A DNA stretch of 64,000 nt, from the NCBI GenBank assembly GCA_963668175.1, contig OY764159.1, forward strand, positions 1,312,001-1,376,000, in the 5' to 3' direction. The notes beneath the pieces were generated by a model. The model was not told the origin of the DNA and ran no database searches. It saw only the letters and a program-made list of their open reading frames with translations. The translations under genes and the position numbers were made by a program. Of this stretch, positions 10,072 through 20,940 are shown piece by piece (positions within the stretch are counted from its first letter, which is position 1; every line of letters starts with the position of its first letter). This stretch comes from Syntrophales bacterium. Lineage in GTDB: Bacteria; Desulfobacterota; Syntrophia; Syntrophales; PHBD01.

Positions 10072-10230
10072 CTGGCGGCTCGTCGAAAAACGCCATTTTG
10101 AATAGGCCGTGCCCCCCGCATGGGGGGTGTTCAAAAATGTCCAGATGCAAGGCGTGCAGCGCAACATCACCTAAAGGTGATAAATCACCTGAAGGTGACA
10201 AGCAGCAGATGGGCATTTTTCAACAGCCTG

Positions 10231-10233
<3 letters not shown>
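10072..10233. mobile_element. Non-autonomous MITE/REP-like element, copy 1
   Basis: Imperfect ~25-bp terminal inverted repeats (TGGCGGCTCGTCGAAAAACGCCAT ... ATGGGCATTTTTCAACAGCCTGCTA); internal palindromes; related copy at 35520-35748. Confidence 0.7.
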
Positions 10234-10935
<702 letters not shown>

Positions 10936-11649
10936 ATTTCTGCCCAAAATAGGCCTCGATGACCTTTTCGTTGACGATGACTTCGGCCGGCGTCCCCTCG
11001 GCGATCTTCTCTCCCGAGTCGAGGACCACCACCCGGTTGGCGATCGGCATGATGCCTTCCATGACGTGTTCCACGAGAACAAGCGATATGCCCATGTCCC
11101 GGAGTTTCAGGACGAGTTCGACGGTCTCCCGCACTTCGTTGATGTTCAGACCGGCCATCATCTCGTCCAGGAGCATGATTTCCGGTTCCGTCGTGAAAAC
11201 CTTGGCGACCTCCAGCCGCTTCTGTTCCGAGATGGTGAGCGATACGGCGGGCAGGTCTAGCCTGTCCGCAAAGCCGAAAATCTCCGCGGCCTGGCGGGCC
11301 TTGGCCTCGGCCTTACGGCGCTGGGGATAGCGGAGGAACGCCCCGATCATGATATTCTCCAGGACGGTCATGTCCTTGAAGGTCCTGACGATCTGGAAGG
11401 TCCTGCCGATGCCGAGGCGGCAGATGGTTTCCGGGTCCTTCCTCGTAATGTCCGTGCCCTTGTAGGTGATCCTGCCTTCGTTGGCATTGTAATAACACGA
11501 AATGCAGTTGAACAGCGTCGATTTTCCCGCCCCGTTGGGACCGATGAGGCCGATGATCTCGCCTTTATTCATGGAAAAGGAGATATTCTGGTTGGCCGTC
11601 AGGCCTCCGAAACGCTTCGTCACATTTTCCACGATCAGGATGTCGCCGC

Positions 11650-12594
11650 TCATTTCGCCCTCCTTGCCAGCAGGGCCCAGAGTCCATGCGGACGCCAAAT
11701 GGCCAGGATGATGATGAGAAGTGCGTAGATGATCATATCGATCCCCTGGCCTTCGCTGCCGAGATAGACCCGGGTCAGTTCCGTCAGGGGGATGAAGACG
11801 AAGGCCCCCACGATGGGACCGAAGAGGGTGCCGATGCCGCCGATCAGACAGATGATGCAGAGGTGGATCGACATCATGAGGTCCATCGTGCTCGACGGGT
11901 GGATATACAGGACGTACTGGGCGTAAAACGTGCCGCAGATGGCCGTCAGGACGGCCGATATGGAGAAGGCGATCATCTTGTATTTTTGAATGTCGATGCC
12001 CAGGCTCCTGGCCCCGTCCGCATCGTCCTTGATCGCCCGCAGGTAATAGCCGATCCGGCTCTTTTCCACGGCGTAGGAGACGCCGAGGGCGACGATCATC
12101 ATGGCCATAATGATGTAGTAATAGGGTATTTTCGTCGTGTGGAATTCAAAGTTCTTCACCGATTCGTCCAGGATGGGGATGTAGATTCCCACCGCGGCGC
12201 CGACGTAATCCCAGTTGGTGAAGATGACCAGCATGATTTCGCCGACGGCGATTGTGGCAATGGCGAAATAGTGGCCCTGCAGGCGGAAACAGGGATAGCC
12301 TACGATGAGGGCGAGAAGGACGGAGAAGAAACAGCCTGCCAGCATGCCGATCCAGGGGTTCAGGCCGAAATTGACCAGCAGCACCGCCGTTGCATAGGCG
12401 CCGATGCCGAAGAATGCAGCGTTGCCAAAAGAGACCTGCCCGGTGTAGCCGCCGATGATGTTCCATCCGACGCTCATGGTGGCGTAAAGCATGATCATGA
12501 TCATGAGGTGACGGGGGAACGGATCCGTAAAGAAGACGGGAAATGCGGCCAGGATGAAGATGAAGGCGGCAAATATCAGGAATCCTTTTTTCAT
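11650..12594 (-). CDS. livM: LIV-type ABC transporter permease
   Basis: WNIIGGYTGQVSFG, LQGHYFAIAT, GGIGTLFGP. Confidence 0.92.
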   Translation of the reverse strand: MKKGFLIFAAFIFILAAFPVFFTDPFPRHLMIMIMLYATMSVGWNIIGGYTGQVSFGNAAFFGIGAYATAVLLVNFGLNPWIGMLAGCFFSVLLALIVGYPCFRLQGHYFAIATIAVGEIMLVIFTNWDYVGAAVGIYIPILDESVKNFEFHTTKIPYYYIIMAMMIVALGVSYAVEKSRIGYYLRAIKDDADGARSLGIDIQKYKMIAFSISAVLTAICGTFYAQYVLYIHPSSTMDLMMSIHLCIICLIGGIGTLFGPIVGAFVFIPLTELTRVYLGSEGQGIDMIIYALLIIILAIWRPHGLWALLARRAK

Positions 12595-12601
12595 ATCGCC
12601 C

Positions 12602-13465
12602 TCACTTGCTTCCCAGCAGGCCCTGGGGTCTGATAAAGACCACGGCCAGATAGAGCATCAATACGAACATGAACTTGAGGGAGGGGTCGATCAGGTAACC
12701 GCTGATGACCTCCACCATCCCCACGATGATGCCGGCGATAAAGGCACCGGCGACGCTGCCGAAACCGCCCAGGGCGACTACGACGAAGGTGATCACCCCG
12801 AAATTCGCGCCGACTTCCGGGAAGACGTAATAGAAGCTGGAAAGCAATGCCCCGGCCACGCCGACCGTGGCGATGCCGATGCCCCACGCCAGGGCGAACA
12901 TCCGGTCGCTGTTGATGCCCATCAGCCGGGCCGATTCCTTGTCTTCCGAGACGGCCTCAAGCGCCATGCCCAATTTCGTGGATTTGAGAAACCAGAAGAT
13001 CAGGCCGTTGCAGAGGATGGCTCCCCCGGCGGCAACCAGCTGCGGTACGCCGATGTAGACGTCCAATACGTTGATGTTGCCGGAGAGGATGGTTTGCGGG
13101 ATCATGCGGTAATCGACCTTCCACAGGAACTGGGCCAGGCCTCTCAGCAGGATCAGAACCCCGAAGGTCACGAAGATCTGGGACAGCATCGGGGCATTGA
13201 TGATGGGCTTGATCAGGATATAGTAGGTGACGATTCCCAGAATGAAAAGCGCAATCGTAACGACAGGGAGGGACTGGAGGGGGTCCCAGGCGAACAGGAT
13301 GAAGAACCAGTAGGCGAAATACATGGCCACCATGAGGTAATCGCCGTGGGCGAAATTCACGATTTCCATCATGCCGAAGATCATCGTCAGGCCGACGGCG
13401 ATCAGGGCGTAAACGAATCCGATCAACAGGCCACTGACCAGCGTTTGTACGAAGACCCCCTCCAT
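12602..13465 (-). CDS. livH: LIV-type ABC transporter permease
   Basis: YALIAVGLTMIFG, VNFAHG, VALGGFGS. Confidence 0.92.
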   Translation of the reverse strand: MEGVFVQTLVSGLLIGFVYALIAVGLTMIFGMMEIVNFAHGDYLMVAMYFAYWFFILFAWDPLQSLPVVTIALFILGIVTYYILIKPIINAPMLSQIFVTFGVLILLRGLAQFLWKVDYRMIPQTILSGNINVLDVYIGVPQLVAAGGAILCNGLIFWFLKSTKLGMALEAVSEDKESARLMGINSDRMFALAWGIGIATVGVAGALLSSFYYVFPEVGANFGVITFVVVALGGFGSVAGAFIAGIIVGMVEVISGYLIDPSLKFMFVLMLYLAVVFIRPQGLLGSK

Positions 13466-13477
13466 GCGTCAACCATC

Positions 13478-14737
13478 CTATCGTTTAACATTCCATTGCG
13501 GAAACGGCCACACAACGTCCTTGGTCGCCAGGTTGAAGGGCCATACGGTGTAGCGTTCCCCGTTGTAGATCTGAACGATGATGCCCTTGCCGAGGACGTT
13601 CTGGTGGGATTTCGGGTCGAAGCGGACGCCGTCCCAGGGCATAATCAACTGGTCGGGTTTGATGTTCGTTTCGAGAAGCGCCTTCTGGATCTTTGCCGGC
13701 TCCGTCGAGCCCGCCCGGTTGATGGCGTCCGCAAGCACGATCATGCCCGTGAAGGAGCGTGCGTAATCGCCCGACATCGGTTTTCCCGCCTGTTTCTCGA
13801 ACCGGTCAGCGATCGTCTTGATCATCGGCTTTTTGGCTCCCAGGTCCTTGGACCAGACTTCCCGGCTGAGGATGTAGTTGGCATCATTGCCGAGCGATTT
13901 GGTAAACTCCGGATCGTTGAAACCGGCGTTGTTGGCCAGGAGGGCCGTCGGCGCGAAGTTGAGCTCCTTGTAAGTTTTGACCGACAAAATGGCATCGGCC
14001 ACATAGGAGGTCTGCATGATGATGGCCGGGTTGTAGCTTCTCAGCTTCTGGATTTCCGACGTCAACTGGGTGCTCTTGGCGGGATAGAGAACGACGCCGC
14101 TGATGTTGTAGCCGTACTGCTTGGCGTACTTTTCCTGGAATTTCCTGGAGTCGACGCCGAAGAGCGTGTTTTCGTTGAAGAGGGCGATCGTCCCCATGGC
14201 GACCTTCTTTTTCTTCTTCACGTCGTTCAGGAAATGGAAGAAGTTTTCGCTCAGAAGGTCGTCGTTCGGCGTAGTCCGGAAGAACCACTTGAAACCCCTC
14301 TCGGTCAAGCTGGGGGATGTGGAGCTGTCATTCAAAAACGGGATTCCGTATCTTTCCGCCGCCTGGGAGGCCGTTGCCGTCACGGCGCTGTTGTAGCAGC
14401 CCATAATCGCAACGACTTTTTCCTGGGTGATCAGGCGTTCGGCTTCCGCCATGCCGACCTCGGGTTTACCTTGGTGGTCCCCCGGGATGATCTTGATCTT
14501 CGCGCCTTTGAGATTGGGCAGGCCCGCGCTTTTGGCCAGCGGCATATTCAGGTTGTTCTTATTGTTGATGATGTCGGCCGCCAGCTTGACGCCTTCGAGG
14601 AGTCCCTGGCCCGTGCTGGCCAACGGTCCCGTCAGCGGGAAGATGACGCCGATCCGGATCTCGTTCTCGGCAAAGCCTGTGGAAGTAAACGAAAGAATGA
14701 GAACCGATAAAAACAGAGCCATAAAAATTCTTTTCAT
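13478..14737 (-). CDS. livK: LIV-type ABC transporter periplasmic substrate-binding protein
   Basis: Signal peptide, IGVIFPLTG, DHQGKP, GCYNSAVT, LTERGFKWFFRT. Confidence 0.88.
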   Translation of the reverse strand: MKRIFMALFLSVLILSFTSTGFAENEIRIGVIFPLTGPLASTGQGLLEGVKLAADIINNKNNLNMPLAKSAGLPNLKGAKIKIIPGDHQGKPEVGMAEAERLITQEKVVAIMGCYNSAVTATASQAAERYGIPFLNDSSTSPSLTERGFKWFFRTTPNDDLLSENFFHFLNDVKKKKKVAMGTIALFNENTLFGVDSRKFQEKYAKQYGYNISGVVLYPAKSTQLTSEIQKLRSYNPAIIMQTSYVADAILSVKTYKELNFAPTALLANNAGFNDPEFTKSLGNDANYILSREVWSKDLGAKKPMIKTIADRFEKQAGKPMSGDYARSFTGMIVLADAINRAGSTEPAKIQKALLETNIKPDQLIMPWDGVRFDPKSHQNVLGKGIIVQIYNGERYTVWPFNLATKDVVWPFPQWNVKR

Positions 14738-15690
14738 GCCGACCTCCTTAGGTAATGATTTAGTTCCTCCATCTTGTCTGATTTTTCCTTCCAGAGGGCT
14801 TCCGCTTCCTCCAGACCGATCATCTCGAACCAGGCGTCGTCAGCCGGTTTCAGATGGGCCAGAGCGTCCTGATCCGCCCTGACCACGGTGGCTACCCTCG
14901 CGTAGCCGCCGATCGTACGCTCATACAGGATGACGATGGGCATACCGTCGCCGGGTATTTGAACCGTACCAGGCATGACGCCCTCGGATACAATGCTTTT
15001 ATCCCGGGAATCCTTGAAAATAAGCGGGTCGCCTTCGAGCCGGATTCCTGCCCGGTTCGAGTTGACCGATACGGTGTAGACGGTTTTTAATCTTTTTTCA
15101 ACAAATCTTTTCATCGAATCGTCGGTGAAAAAATCCGCTTCGGGGCCCGCAACCATTCTCAGCCGGTGGGGAGGGTGCATCCTCGGGATGAAGTGTTCCG
15201 GAACCATGCCAGGGTTTGCAACCGGGCTTCCCGCCGGCCGTAACTTGTCCCCGGCCTTCAATGCCCTGCCCTGATAGCCGCCGAACCGGCATTCCAGGTT
15301 GGTTGTCCGGCTGCCCATAATGGGTTCGATGTCGATACCGCCTGCGAAACCGACATAATAGCGGAACCCCTCCGTAATATTTGTTACCTTGAGGACGCTT
15401 CCCCGGGAGGCGTTGACGGCCGTCCAGGGACGGATATTCTGGTTATCCAGCGTTGCCGCTACTCTGGCCCCGGTGATGGCGAACGTCGTATCCACCTGAA
15501 ACCTGACGCTGAAATAGGCGCCGATGACTTCAACGACAGCGGCGGACTCGTCGCTTCCCGTCAGCCGGTTCAGGATTTTGTAAGCAAACTGGTCGAGGGC
15601 CGAAGAGACGGGGACGCCGATCGCGCTGTATCCGAACCGGCCCCTGTCGACGATAACGGCATGCATGCCCGGATTAACCACTTCGATCAT
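14734..15690 (-). CDS. pxpC: 5-oxoprolinase subunit C (allophanate hydrolase subunit 2 family)
   Basis: DRGRFGY, GSRTT, GPEADFF, SNRAGIRL, GTVQIPGDG, TIGGY. Confidence 0.88.
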   Translation of the reverse strand: MIEVVNPGMHAVIVDRGRFGYSAIGVPVSSALDQFAYKILNRLTGSDESAAVVEVIGAYFSVRFQVDTTFAITGARVAATLDNQNIRPWTAVNASRGSVLKVTNITEGFRYYVGFAGGIDIEPIMGSRTTNLECRFGGYQGRALKAGDKLRPAGSPVANPGMVPEHFIPRMHPPHRLRMVAGPEADFFTDDSMKRFVEKRLKTVYTVSVNSNRAGIRLEGDPLIFKDSRDKSIVSEGVMPGTVQIPGDGMPIVILYERTIGGYARVATVVRADQDALAHLKPADDAWFEMIGLEEAEALWKEKSDKMEELNHYLRRSA

Positions 15691-16328
15691 AGGCCGACAA
15701 ACCTCACCGTATCTCCGATTTGCATGCGGCTGTAAGGCGCTGTTTCATGATTGAAAAGCCTGACGTCTGTTCTGCCTATGATCCTCCAGCCGCCGGGCGA
15801 GTCGAACGGGTAGATGCCGGTCTGCAGCTGGGTTATGCCGACGGACCCCTGGGGGACCCTGACTCGCGGCGTCTCCAGGCGCGGGACGTTCAGCCTCGCG
15901 TCCAGCACGCCGAGGTAGACGAATCCCGGGATGAACCCGACCGTGAAGACGCTGTAAAGAACCGATTGATGGACCGCGACGACCTCCGCCTCGCTGAGGC
16001 CTGTCTGCGTGCAGACTGCGGCCATGTCCGGCCCATCCGCACCCCCGTACCGGACGGGAATTTCATGGGTGGCCGGTTCGGGGATGGTCATCGACGCGAT
16101 GGCCCCGCTGCTCTCGGACAGGATGGCCGCAAGCGATTCAAAGCCGGTCTTGTTTCCGTCGAAATGGAGCAGGCAGGCATTGAAAGAAGGGGTGATGTCA
16201 ACAATCCCCTCGTGTCGAAGATTCTTGACAAAGTGATAGAATCGCAGAACTGCGGCATGGGATGTCATGTCGACAGCCGTTCCGAACTGCACCCGGAGTG
16301 CATTTTCACCGTATCGGGAGATGATCAT
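15687..16328 (-). CDS. pxpB: 5-oxoprolinase subunit B (KipI family)
   Basis: IPVRYGG..GPD, GFIPGFVYL, PRLETPR, GIYP.DSPGGW.IIG. Confidence 0.9.
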   Translation of the reverse strand: MIISRYGENALRVQFGTAVDMTSHAAVLRFYHFVKNLRHEGIVDITPSFNACLLHFDGNKTGFESLAAILSESSGAIASMTIPEPATHEIPVRYGGADGPDMAAVCTQTGLSEAEVVAVHQSVLYSVFTVGFIPGFVYLGVLDARLNVPRLETPRVRVPQGSVGITQLQTGIYPFDSPGGWRIIGRTDVRLFNHETAPYSRMQIGDTVRFVGL

Positions 16329-16487
16329 GGGGTCCTGATCGCGCTTGATCTTCAAAAAGACGGTCCATCCACCGTCTCGTTTCACACCGGGGCTTGACTC
16401 GCGATGAGCTGTATCCGGTCGCGGATCTCCCGACGCCAGGGAACATGTGAAGGCTTGCGGGAGTTTCCGTATTCATATGGCGACACC

Positions 16488-17270
16488 TCAGGCCGGCGCG
16501 GCCAGAGGCCTCGTCAGGATCTTTTCCTTTTTAAAAAGGCCGTGTATCTTTTTCGCCGCCGCAATGCTCTCCACATTGTCTCCGTGGAGGCACAAGGTGT
16601 CGATATCCATGTCGATCCAGCGGCCGCTGACGCTTTCGATACCCTGTTCCTTTACCATCGTGACGGCCCGTCGGGCGATGACGTCGGGGTCATGAAGGAC
16701 GGCCTGCCGATGCGACCGGGACAGGAGCTCCCCGTCGTCCGTATACATGCGGTCGGGAAAGGCCTCCAGGGCCAGGCGCAGTCCTTTCTTGCGGCAGGTC
16801 TTTTTCAAACTCGCGGTCCTGTGGGTGCCGAGGGCGAGCAGGACGGGATTGCCGAAGGCGTCTTTTATCGCTGCGGCGATTTCGATGAACCGCGCCTCCT
16901 GGTTCACCATAAAATTATAGAGCGCGCCGTGGAATTTCACATGCTGCAGCGTCAGCCCGTGCAGATGGAGAAAACCTGTGAGGGCGCCGACCTGGTAAAC
17001 GATATCGTTGATCAGGTCCTTCTGGTCCATCTCCATCTGCCTCCTGCCGAAGCCGACGATATCCCGGTATCCCGGATGGGCGCCGGGCATGACTTTATAT
17101 TGCCGGCAAAGCGAGACGGTTTCGGCCATGACGGTGGGATCGGAGGCGTGGAAGCCGCAGGCAATATTGGCTGATGTGATATAGCGAATGATTTCGCGGT
17201 CATTGCCGATCTGGTAGGCGCCGAAAGATTCACCCATATCACAGTTGAGATCGATAATGAATTCCTTCAT
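16488..17270 (-). CDS. pxpA: 5-oxoprolinase subunit A (LamB/YcsF family)
   Basis: IDLNCDMGESFG, SANIACGFHA, HVKFHGALYN, TLCLHGD. Confidence 0.93.
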   Translation of the reverse strand: MKEFIIDLNCDMGESFGAYQIGNDREIIRYITSANIACGFHASDPTVMAETVSLCRQYKVMPGAHPGYRDIVGFGRRQMEMDQKDLINDIVYQVGALTGFLHLHGLTLQHVKFHGALYNFMVNQEARFIEIAAAIKDAFGNPVLLALGTHRTASLKKTCRKKGLRLALEAFPDRMYTDDGELLSRSHRQAVLHDPDVIARRAVTMVKEQGIESVSGRWIDMDIDTLCLHGDNVESIAAAKKIHGLFKKEKILTRPLAAPA

Positions 17271-17525
17271 GATATCGGCAATCTTTCACAGCACCCCCCG
17301 GCTGTCAAGCAGAAATTCGCCCGACAAAGGAAAAACGCAGTCATGGAGGATGGTTACGGATACGGGCCTGTCCGGAATTCCGGACTGTGCCCCGGAAAGG
17401 GTCTGCACCCTCGACATTTTTTACTTCGTGATGCCGGAACGGTATAAGGCTGCATCCGGGATTCCTCACGTTTTTCGCGAGAAATTCCTTGACAGGGCAG
17501 GGTGCATCTGCTAGGTGACGCCTAA

Positions 17526-17556
17526 CCGCTTGGATCCGGCAGACGGACTGGGACGG
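17526..17556 (+). promoter_or_regulatory. pan RNA motif-like hairpin in the panC-panD leader
   Basis: CCGCTTGG-A-TCC...GGACTGGG-A-CGG hairpin with bulged A's; near-identical copy upstream of panG-panB. Confidence 0.8.
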
Positions 17557-17589
17557 GAGGAAAGGCAAGCTTCTATATGCGAACGCAAT

Positions 17590-17619
17590 GCCCCCCGTCC
17601 GACAACGGGGGGCTTTTTT
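17590..17619 (+). terminator. Intrinsic terminator (attenuator) in the panC leader
   Basis: GCCCCCCG stem ... CGGGGGGC followed by a T6 run, 16 nt before the panC GTG. Confidence 0.85.
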
Positions 17620-17635
17620 GTTTGTGGGGGTGGCC

Positions 17636-18493
17636 GTGAAGATCATCGAAACAGTCAAAGAGATGCAGGCGTTTTCCGAAGCGCTCCGGAATCGGGGCAA
17701 AAAGATCGCCTTTGTCCCGACGATGGGTTTTTTCCATGAGGGGCATTTGAACCTCATGAGGGAGGGACGGAAACGCGGCGACTGTGTCGTCGTCAGTATC
17801 TACGTCAATCCCACCCAGTTCGGCCCGAACGAAGATTTTTCCCGCTACCCCCGGGATTTCGAACGGGACCGTAAGCTGGCCGAGGGCGTCGGCGTCGATG
17901 TCATCTTCTATCCGTCCAACGAGGAGATGTATCCCGAGCATTACCAGACTTACGTTACCGTGGAAGGCGTGACGGATAATCTCTGCGGCCTTTCGCGCCC
18001 GGGTCATTTTCGCGGCGTCGCCACGGTATGCGCCAAACTGTTCAACATGGTCAAACCCCATGTTGCCATTTTCGGCCAAAAGGATTTCCAGCAGCTAACC
18101 GTCATCAAGCGCATGGTCCAGGATCTTAATATGGACCTGGAAATCGTCGGCATGCCGACGACCAGGGAAACGGACGGGCTGGCCATGAGCTCCCGGAACA
18201 CCTATCTTTCGAGTGAGGAGCGGTCGTCCGCCCTCAGTCTCAGCCGTTCTCTGAAGATGGCGAAGGCGTCGTACGAAGGGGGCGAAAGGGACGCCTTGAA
18301 GATTGTCGCTTCGGCCTGTGCCTTCATTGAAGGGCATCCGCATGCCGCGATCGATTACGTCAAGATATGCGATATAAAAACGATGCAGGACATCAGCCGC
18401 ATGGAGGGTCCGTGCGTGATGGCCCTTGCCGTAAAGGTCGGAAAGACCAGACTGATTGATAATTATGTTTTCGGGGAGTCGTTGGACATCTGA
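17636..18493 (+). CDS. panC: Pantoate--beta-alanine ligase
   Basis: FVPTMG..HEGH, VNPTQF, RPGHFRGV, FGQKD, GLAMSSRN, RLIDN; GTG start. Confidence 0.97.
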   Translation: MKIIETVKEMQAFSEALRNRGKKIAFVPTMGFFHEGHLNLMREGRKRGDCVVVSIYVNPTQFGPNEDFSRYPRDFERDRKLAEGVGVDVIFYPSNEEMYPEHYQTYVTVEGVTDNLCGLSRPGHFRGVATVCAKLFNMVKPHVAIFGQKDFQQLTVIKRMVQDLNMDLEIVGMPTTRETDGLAMSSRNTYLSSEERSSALSLSRSLKMAKASYEGGERDALKIVASACAFIEGHPHAAIDYVKICDIKTMQDISRMEGPCVMALAVKVGKTRLIDNYVFGESLDI

Positions 18494-18522
18494 TCAGCCG
18501 TCGACCCCGGGGAGGTGAAAAC

Positions 18523-18873
18523 ATGCAGAGATATATGCTGAAATCGAAGCTTCATCGTGCCACGGTGACCGATGCCGACCTTCACTATGAGGGAAGCGTC
18601 ACGATCGACACGAAACTCATGGAGGCGGCCGATATCCTGCCTTACGAAAAGGTAGCAATCTATAACGTCTCCAACGGGGAGAGATTCACCACCTATGCCA
18701 TCGAGGGAAAGGGCGGCAGCGGAACGATATGCCTCAACGGCGCGGCAGCCCGCAAGGCATCCAAAGACGACGTGATCATCATCGCGACGTATGTCGCCGT
18801 CGACGAGAAGGACACCAGGGGATGGAAGCCCAAGTGCGTTCTCCTCGACAAGAACAATCGCATCAAAAAATAG
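18523..18873 (+). CDS. panD: Aspartate 1-decarboxylase
   Basis: KSKLHRATVT, YEG/SVTID cleavage site, NGERF.TY, LNGAAA. Confidence 0.97.
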   Translation: MQRYMLKSKLHRATVTDADLHYEGSVTIDTKLMEAADILPYEKVAIYNVSNGERFTTYAIEGKGGSGTICLNGAAARKASKDDVIIIATYVAVDEKDTRGWKPKCVLLDKNNRIKK

Positions 18874-18952
18874 ATGGTGTCCCGGAAATTCGACCGATCG
18901 TTCGGGGTGCGGCTTGCCGTGCCCCTTTTGTGCTTTATGGAGGCCGATCCCT

Positions 18953-19612
18953 ATGATGACGTTTATTCTGCCCTGCCGGAACCGGGAGGACCTCGTTCGC
19001 AGGCAACTGGAAACAGTTACCGGCAGAGTCATTTCTCTCACATTGACCGACAACGCCACGTCCCTTATATCCGTCAAGCCGGCGGGGAGACGCCTGGATG
19101 TGCGCCTGCACAGAATGTTTCTCGGAGCAGGTCAGGACGTTCTGGAAGAGATTGGACGCTTTCTCTTGTACCGCAGGGGAAGGACGCCGCTGATCCGTGA
19201 TTATATCAGGAGCCATGCCCATGAACTGCCCGTCAAGAAACCTCGTCACGAACAGCTTCGGGCCGCCGGGCGGTATTTCGACCTGGAGGAGATCTTCGGC
19301 GAACTCAACCGGATCTATTTTCAGGGCTGTGTCACGGCGGCCGTCACATGGGGCAACAAGAGGAGAGGTGCCGTCAGGAAGAAGGTCCTGGGAAGTTACA
19401 GCAGCCAGACCAATATTATCCGCATCAGTCCCGAGCTGGACAGAAAGACAACCCCCCGCTACGTTGTCGAGCATGTCATCCACCATGAAATGCTGCATGC
19501 CCACCTGGGAGCGAGAATCATCAACGGGCGGAAATGCTACCATTTCAGGGAATTCCGTGAACAGGAGCGGTGCTTTAAGGATTACGAAAAGGCTATGGCC
19601 TGGTGCGGCTGA
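18953..19612 (+). CDS. SprT-like zinc metallopeptidase domain protein
   Basis: LNRIYF, LGSY, HHEMLH zincin motif, HFREF. Confidence 0.75.
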   Translation: MMTFILPCRNREDLVRRQLETVTGRVISLTLTDNATSLISVKPAGRRLDVRLHRMFLGAGQDVLEEIGRFLLYRRGRTPLIRDYIRSHAHELPVKKPRHEQLRAAGRYFDLEEIFGELNRIYFQGCVTAAVTWGNKRRGAVRKKVLGSYSSQTNIIRISPELDRKTTPRYVVEHVIHHEMLHAHLGARIINGRKCYHFREFREQERCFKDYEKAMAWCG

Positions 19613-19642
19613 CGATCCCATGCCCGCAGCATTGACCGGGGA

Positions 19643-20020
19643 CTAGGGGGCGTCAGGGGGACCCAGCAATTCCCGGACGGCCGACAGAAGCTGATTGAGG
19701 CTGAAGGGTTTGGCAAACGTCCTGGCCGCCCCGAGTTTGTCGGCCAGATCGAGATATTCCGCCGAATCGATGTGTCCGCCTCCGGAGATGGCGATGATTT
19801 TAGCCTGGGGATAGTTCTCCCTGAACGTGATGATCGTGTCGATGCCCTCCATCTCGGGCATGATGATGTCCGTGATAATGAGGTCGGCGGGGTTTTTCTC
19901 CTGCATGTTCAATGCTTCTCTGCCATTGGCGGCTTCGGTTGCCTCGTAACCCGCCTTGACGAGCAGGCGTATCAACATCGTCCGTGTGGGCTGGTCGTCA
20001 TCGATAATTAAAATACGCAA
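19643..20020 (-). CDS. Single-domain response regulator
   Basis: ILIIDDD, TDIIMP (phospho-Asp), AISGG, KPF. Confidence 0.92.
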   Translation of the reverse strand: MRILIIDDDQPTRTMLIRLLVKAGYEATEAANGREALNMQEKNPADLIITDIIMPEMEGIDTIITFRENYPQAKIIAISGGGHIDSAEYLDLADKLGAARTFAKPFSLNQLLSAVRELLGPPDAP

Positions 20021-20084
20021 GTTTTCGTAATTCTCCGCTTGAAGGTTGCGTGGGGCCGCCGTTTCATCCCTGTCCGGCCCGAAT

Positions 20085-20882
20085 TCAGAAGCGCCAATAT
20101 CTCCTGTTGTGCTGTCGCAGTTTTTCGAATATCGCTTCCATCTGACGGGGCGTCAGAATACGCTGTTCGACGAAATAGAGGCCGATGCGCGGCTGGAGCA
20201 ATCGTTGTCTTCCCAAAAGAAGAGTAAGCTGGTAGCGGTTAAGATAACCCCTGCGTAAGGCGCATTCGCCGAATTTTTCGCTGGGTCTCCTCTGCGAAAG
20301 GATCTTCAGGATATCGCCATGGTCGAGCCAGTACCATTGCACGGCGATCATACCCACGGCGGGGCGCTGCCTCTTCTGCCAGACGACCGCTTCGATGAGA
20401 GTCCTGCTCGAAATGATGCCGCTGTAATAGAGGAAACGTCCAATCGGCAGTTTTTTCTTGGGGACGTCGCATTGCCAGAAATGTTCCCGGAAGCCGCGAA
20501 ACGCGTCCTGCTGGCTGAATCCGCCGGCGTTCCCCGGCCTGGGACTTGCCGCCGGTTTTCTCTTCTTCCAGACCGGGGACGGCGAGGGCCTCCGCACAGG
20601 TTCGGGTTCTTCCAGGGAAAATCGCCAGGGGCTTTCGACGAACTCGATCAGTCGGGAGTAGGCAAGATTGACTTCCTTGAATCGCTCTTCCAGGCTTACC
20701 GGCTGCTCCGCCAGGGCTGCGGCCCTGTCCGGGTGCGTTTCGAAGGCCTTCTTCCTATAGGCCGCCTTCAGACCGGAAAGCTTGAGATACTTCAGGAAAT
20801 CGACGCCGATATTGACCTCACTGCCGAAGAGAACGGAGCAGGCGTTGATAAGCTCGTTTCTCGTGACAGTATTTTCTTGCAT
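20085..20882 (-). CDS. J-domain (DnaJ-like) protein with C-terminal GspE/MshEN-like repeats
   Basis: AYRKKAFETHPD J-domain; repeated IG..../FGE..LRRGYL..QL..LL.RQ units. Confidence 0.8.
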   Translation of the reverse strand: MQENTVTRNELINACSVLFGSEVNIGVDFLKYLKLSGLKAAYRKKAFETHPDRAAALAEQPVSLEERFKEVNLAYSRLIEFVESPWRFSLEEPEPVRRPSPSPVWKKRKPAASPRPGNAGGFSQQDAFRGFREHFWQCDVPKKKLPIGRFLYYSGIISSRTLIEAVVWQKRQRPAVGMIAVQWYWLDHGDILKILSQRRPSEKFGECALRRGYLNRYQLTLLLGRQRLLQPRIGLYFVEQRILTPRQMEAIFEKLRQHNRRYWRF

Positions 20883-20922
20883 GGATGGCTCTCCTATTGC
20901 CGTCTTACGAATGAATGGATAT

Positions 20923-20940
20923 TAGCAAGAAAAATGCCTG
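20923..20940 (-). promoter_or_regulatory. Candidate sigma54 (-24/-12) promoter of the J-domain gene
   Basis: Minus strand CAGGCATTTTTCTTGCTA = GG-N10-GC with TTGC, 40 bp before the ATG; long upstream intergenic region. Confidence 0.55.

Noticed and set aside
12554..14710. 718-aa plus-strand ORF
   Set aside because: Antisense shadow of livH/livK in a GC-rich genome; no motifs.
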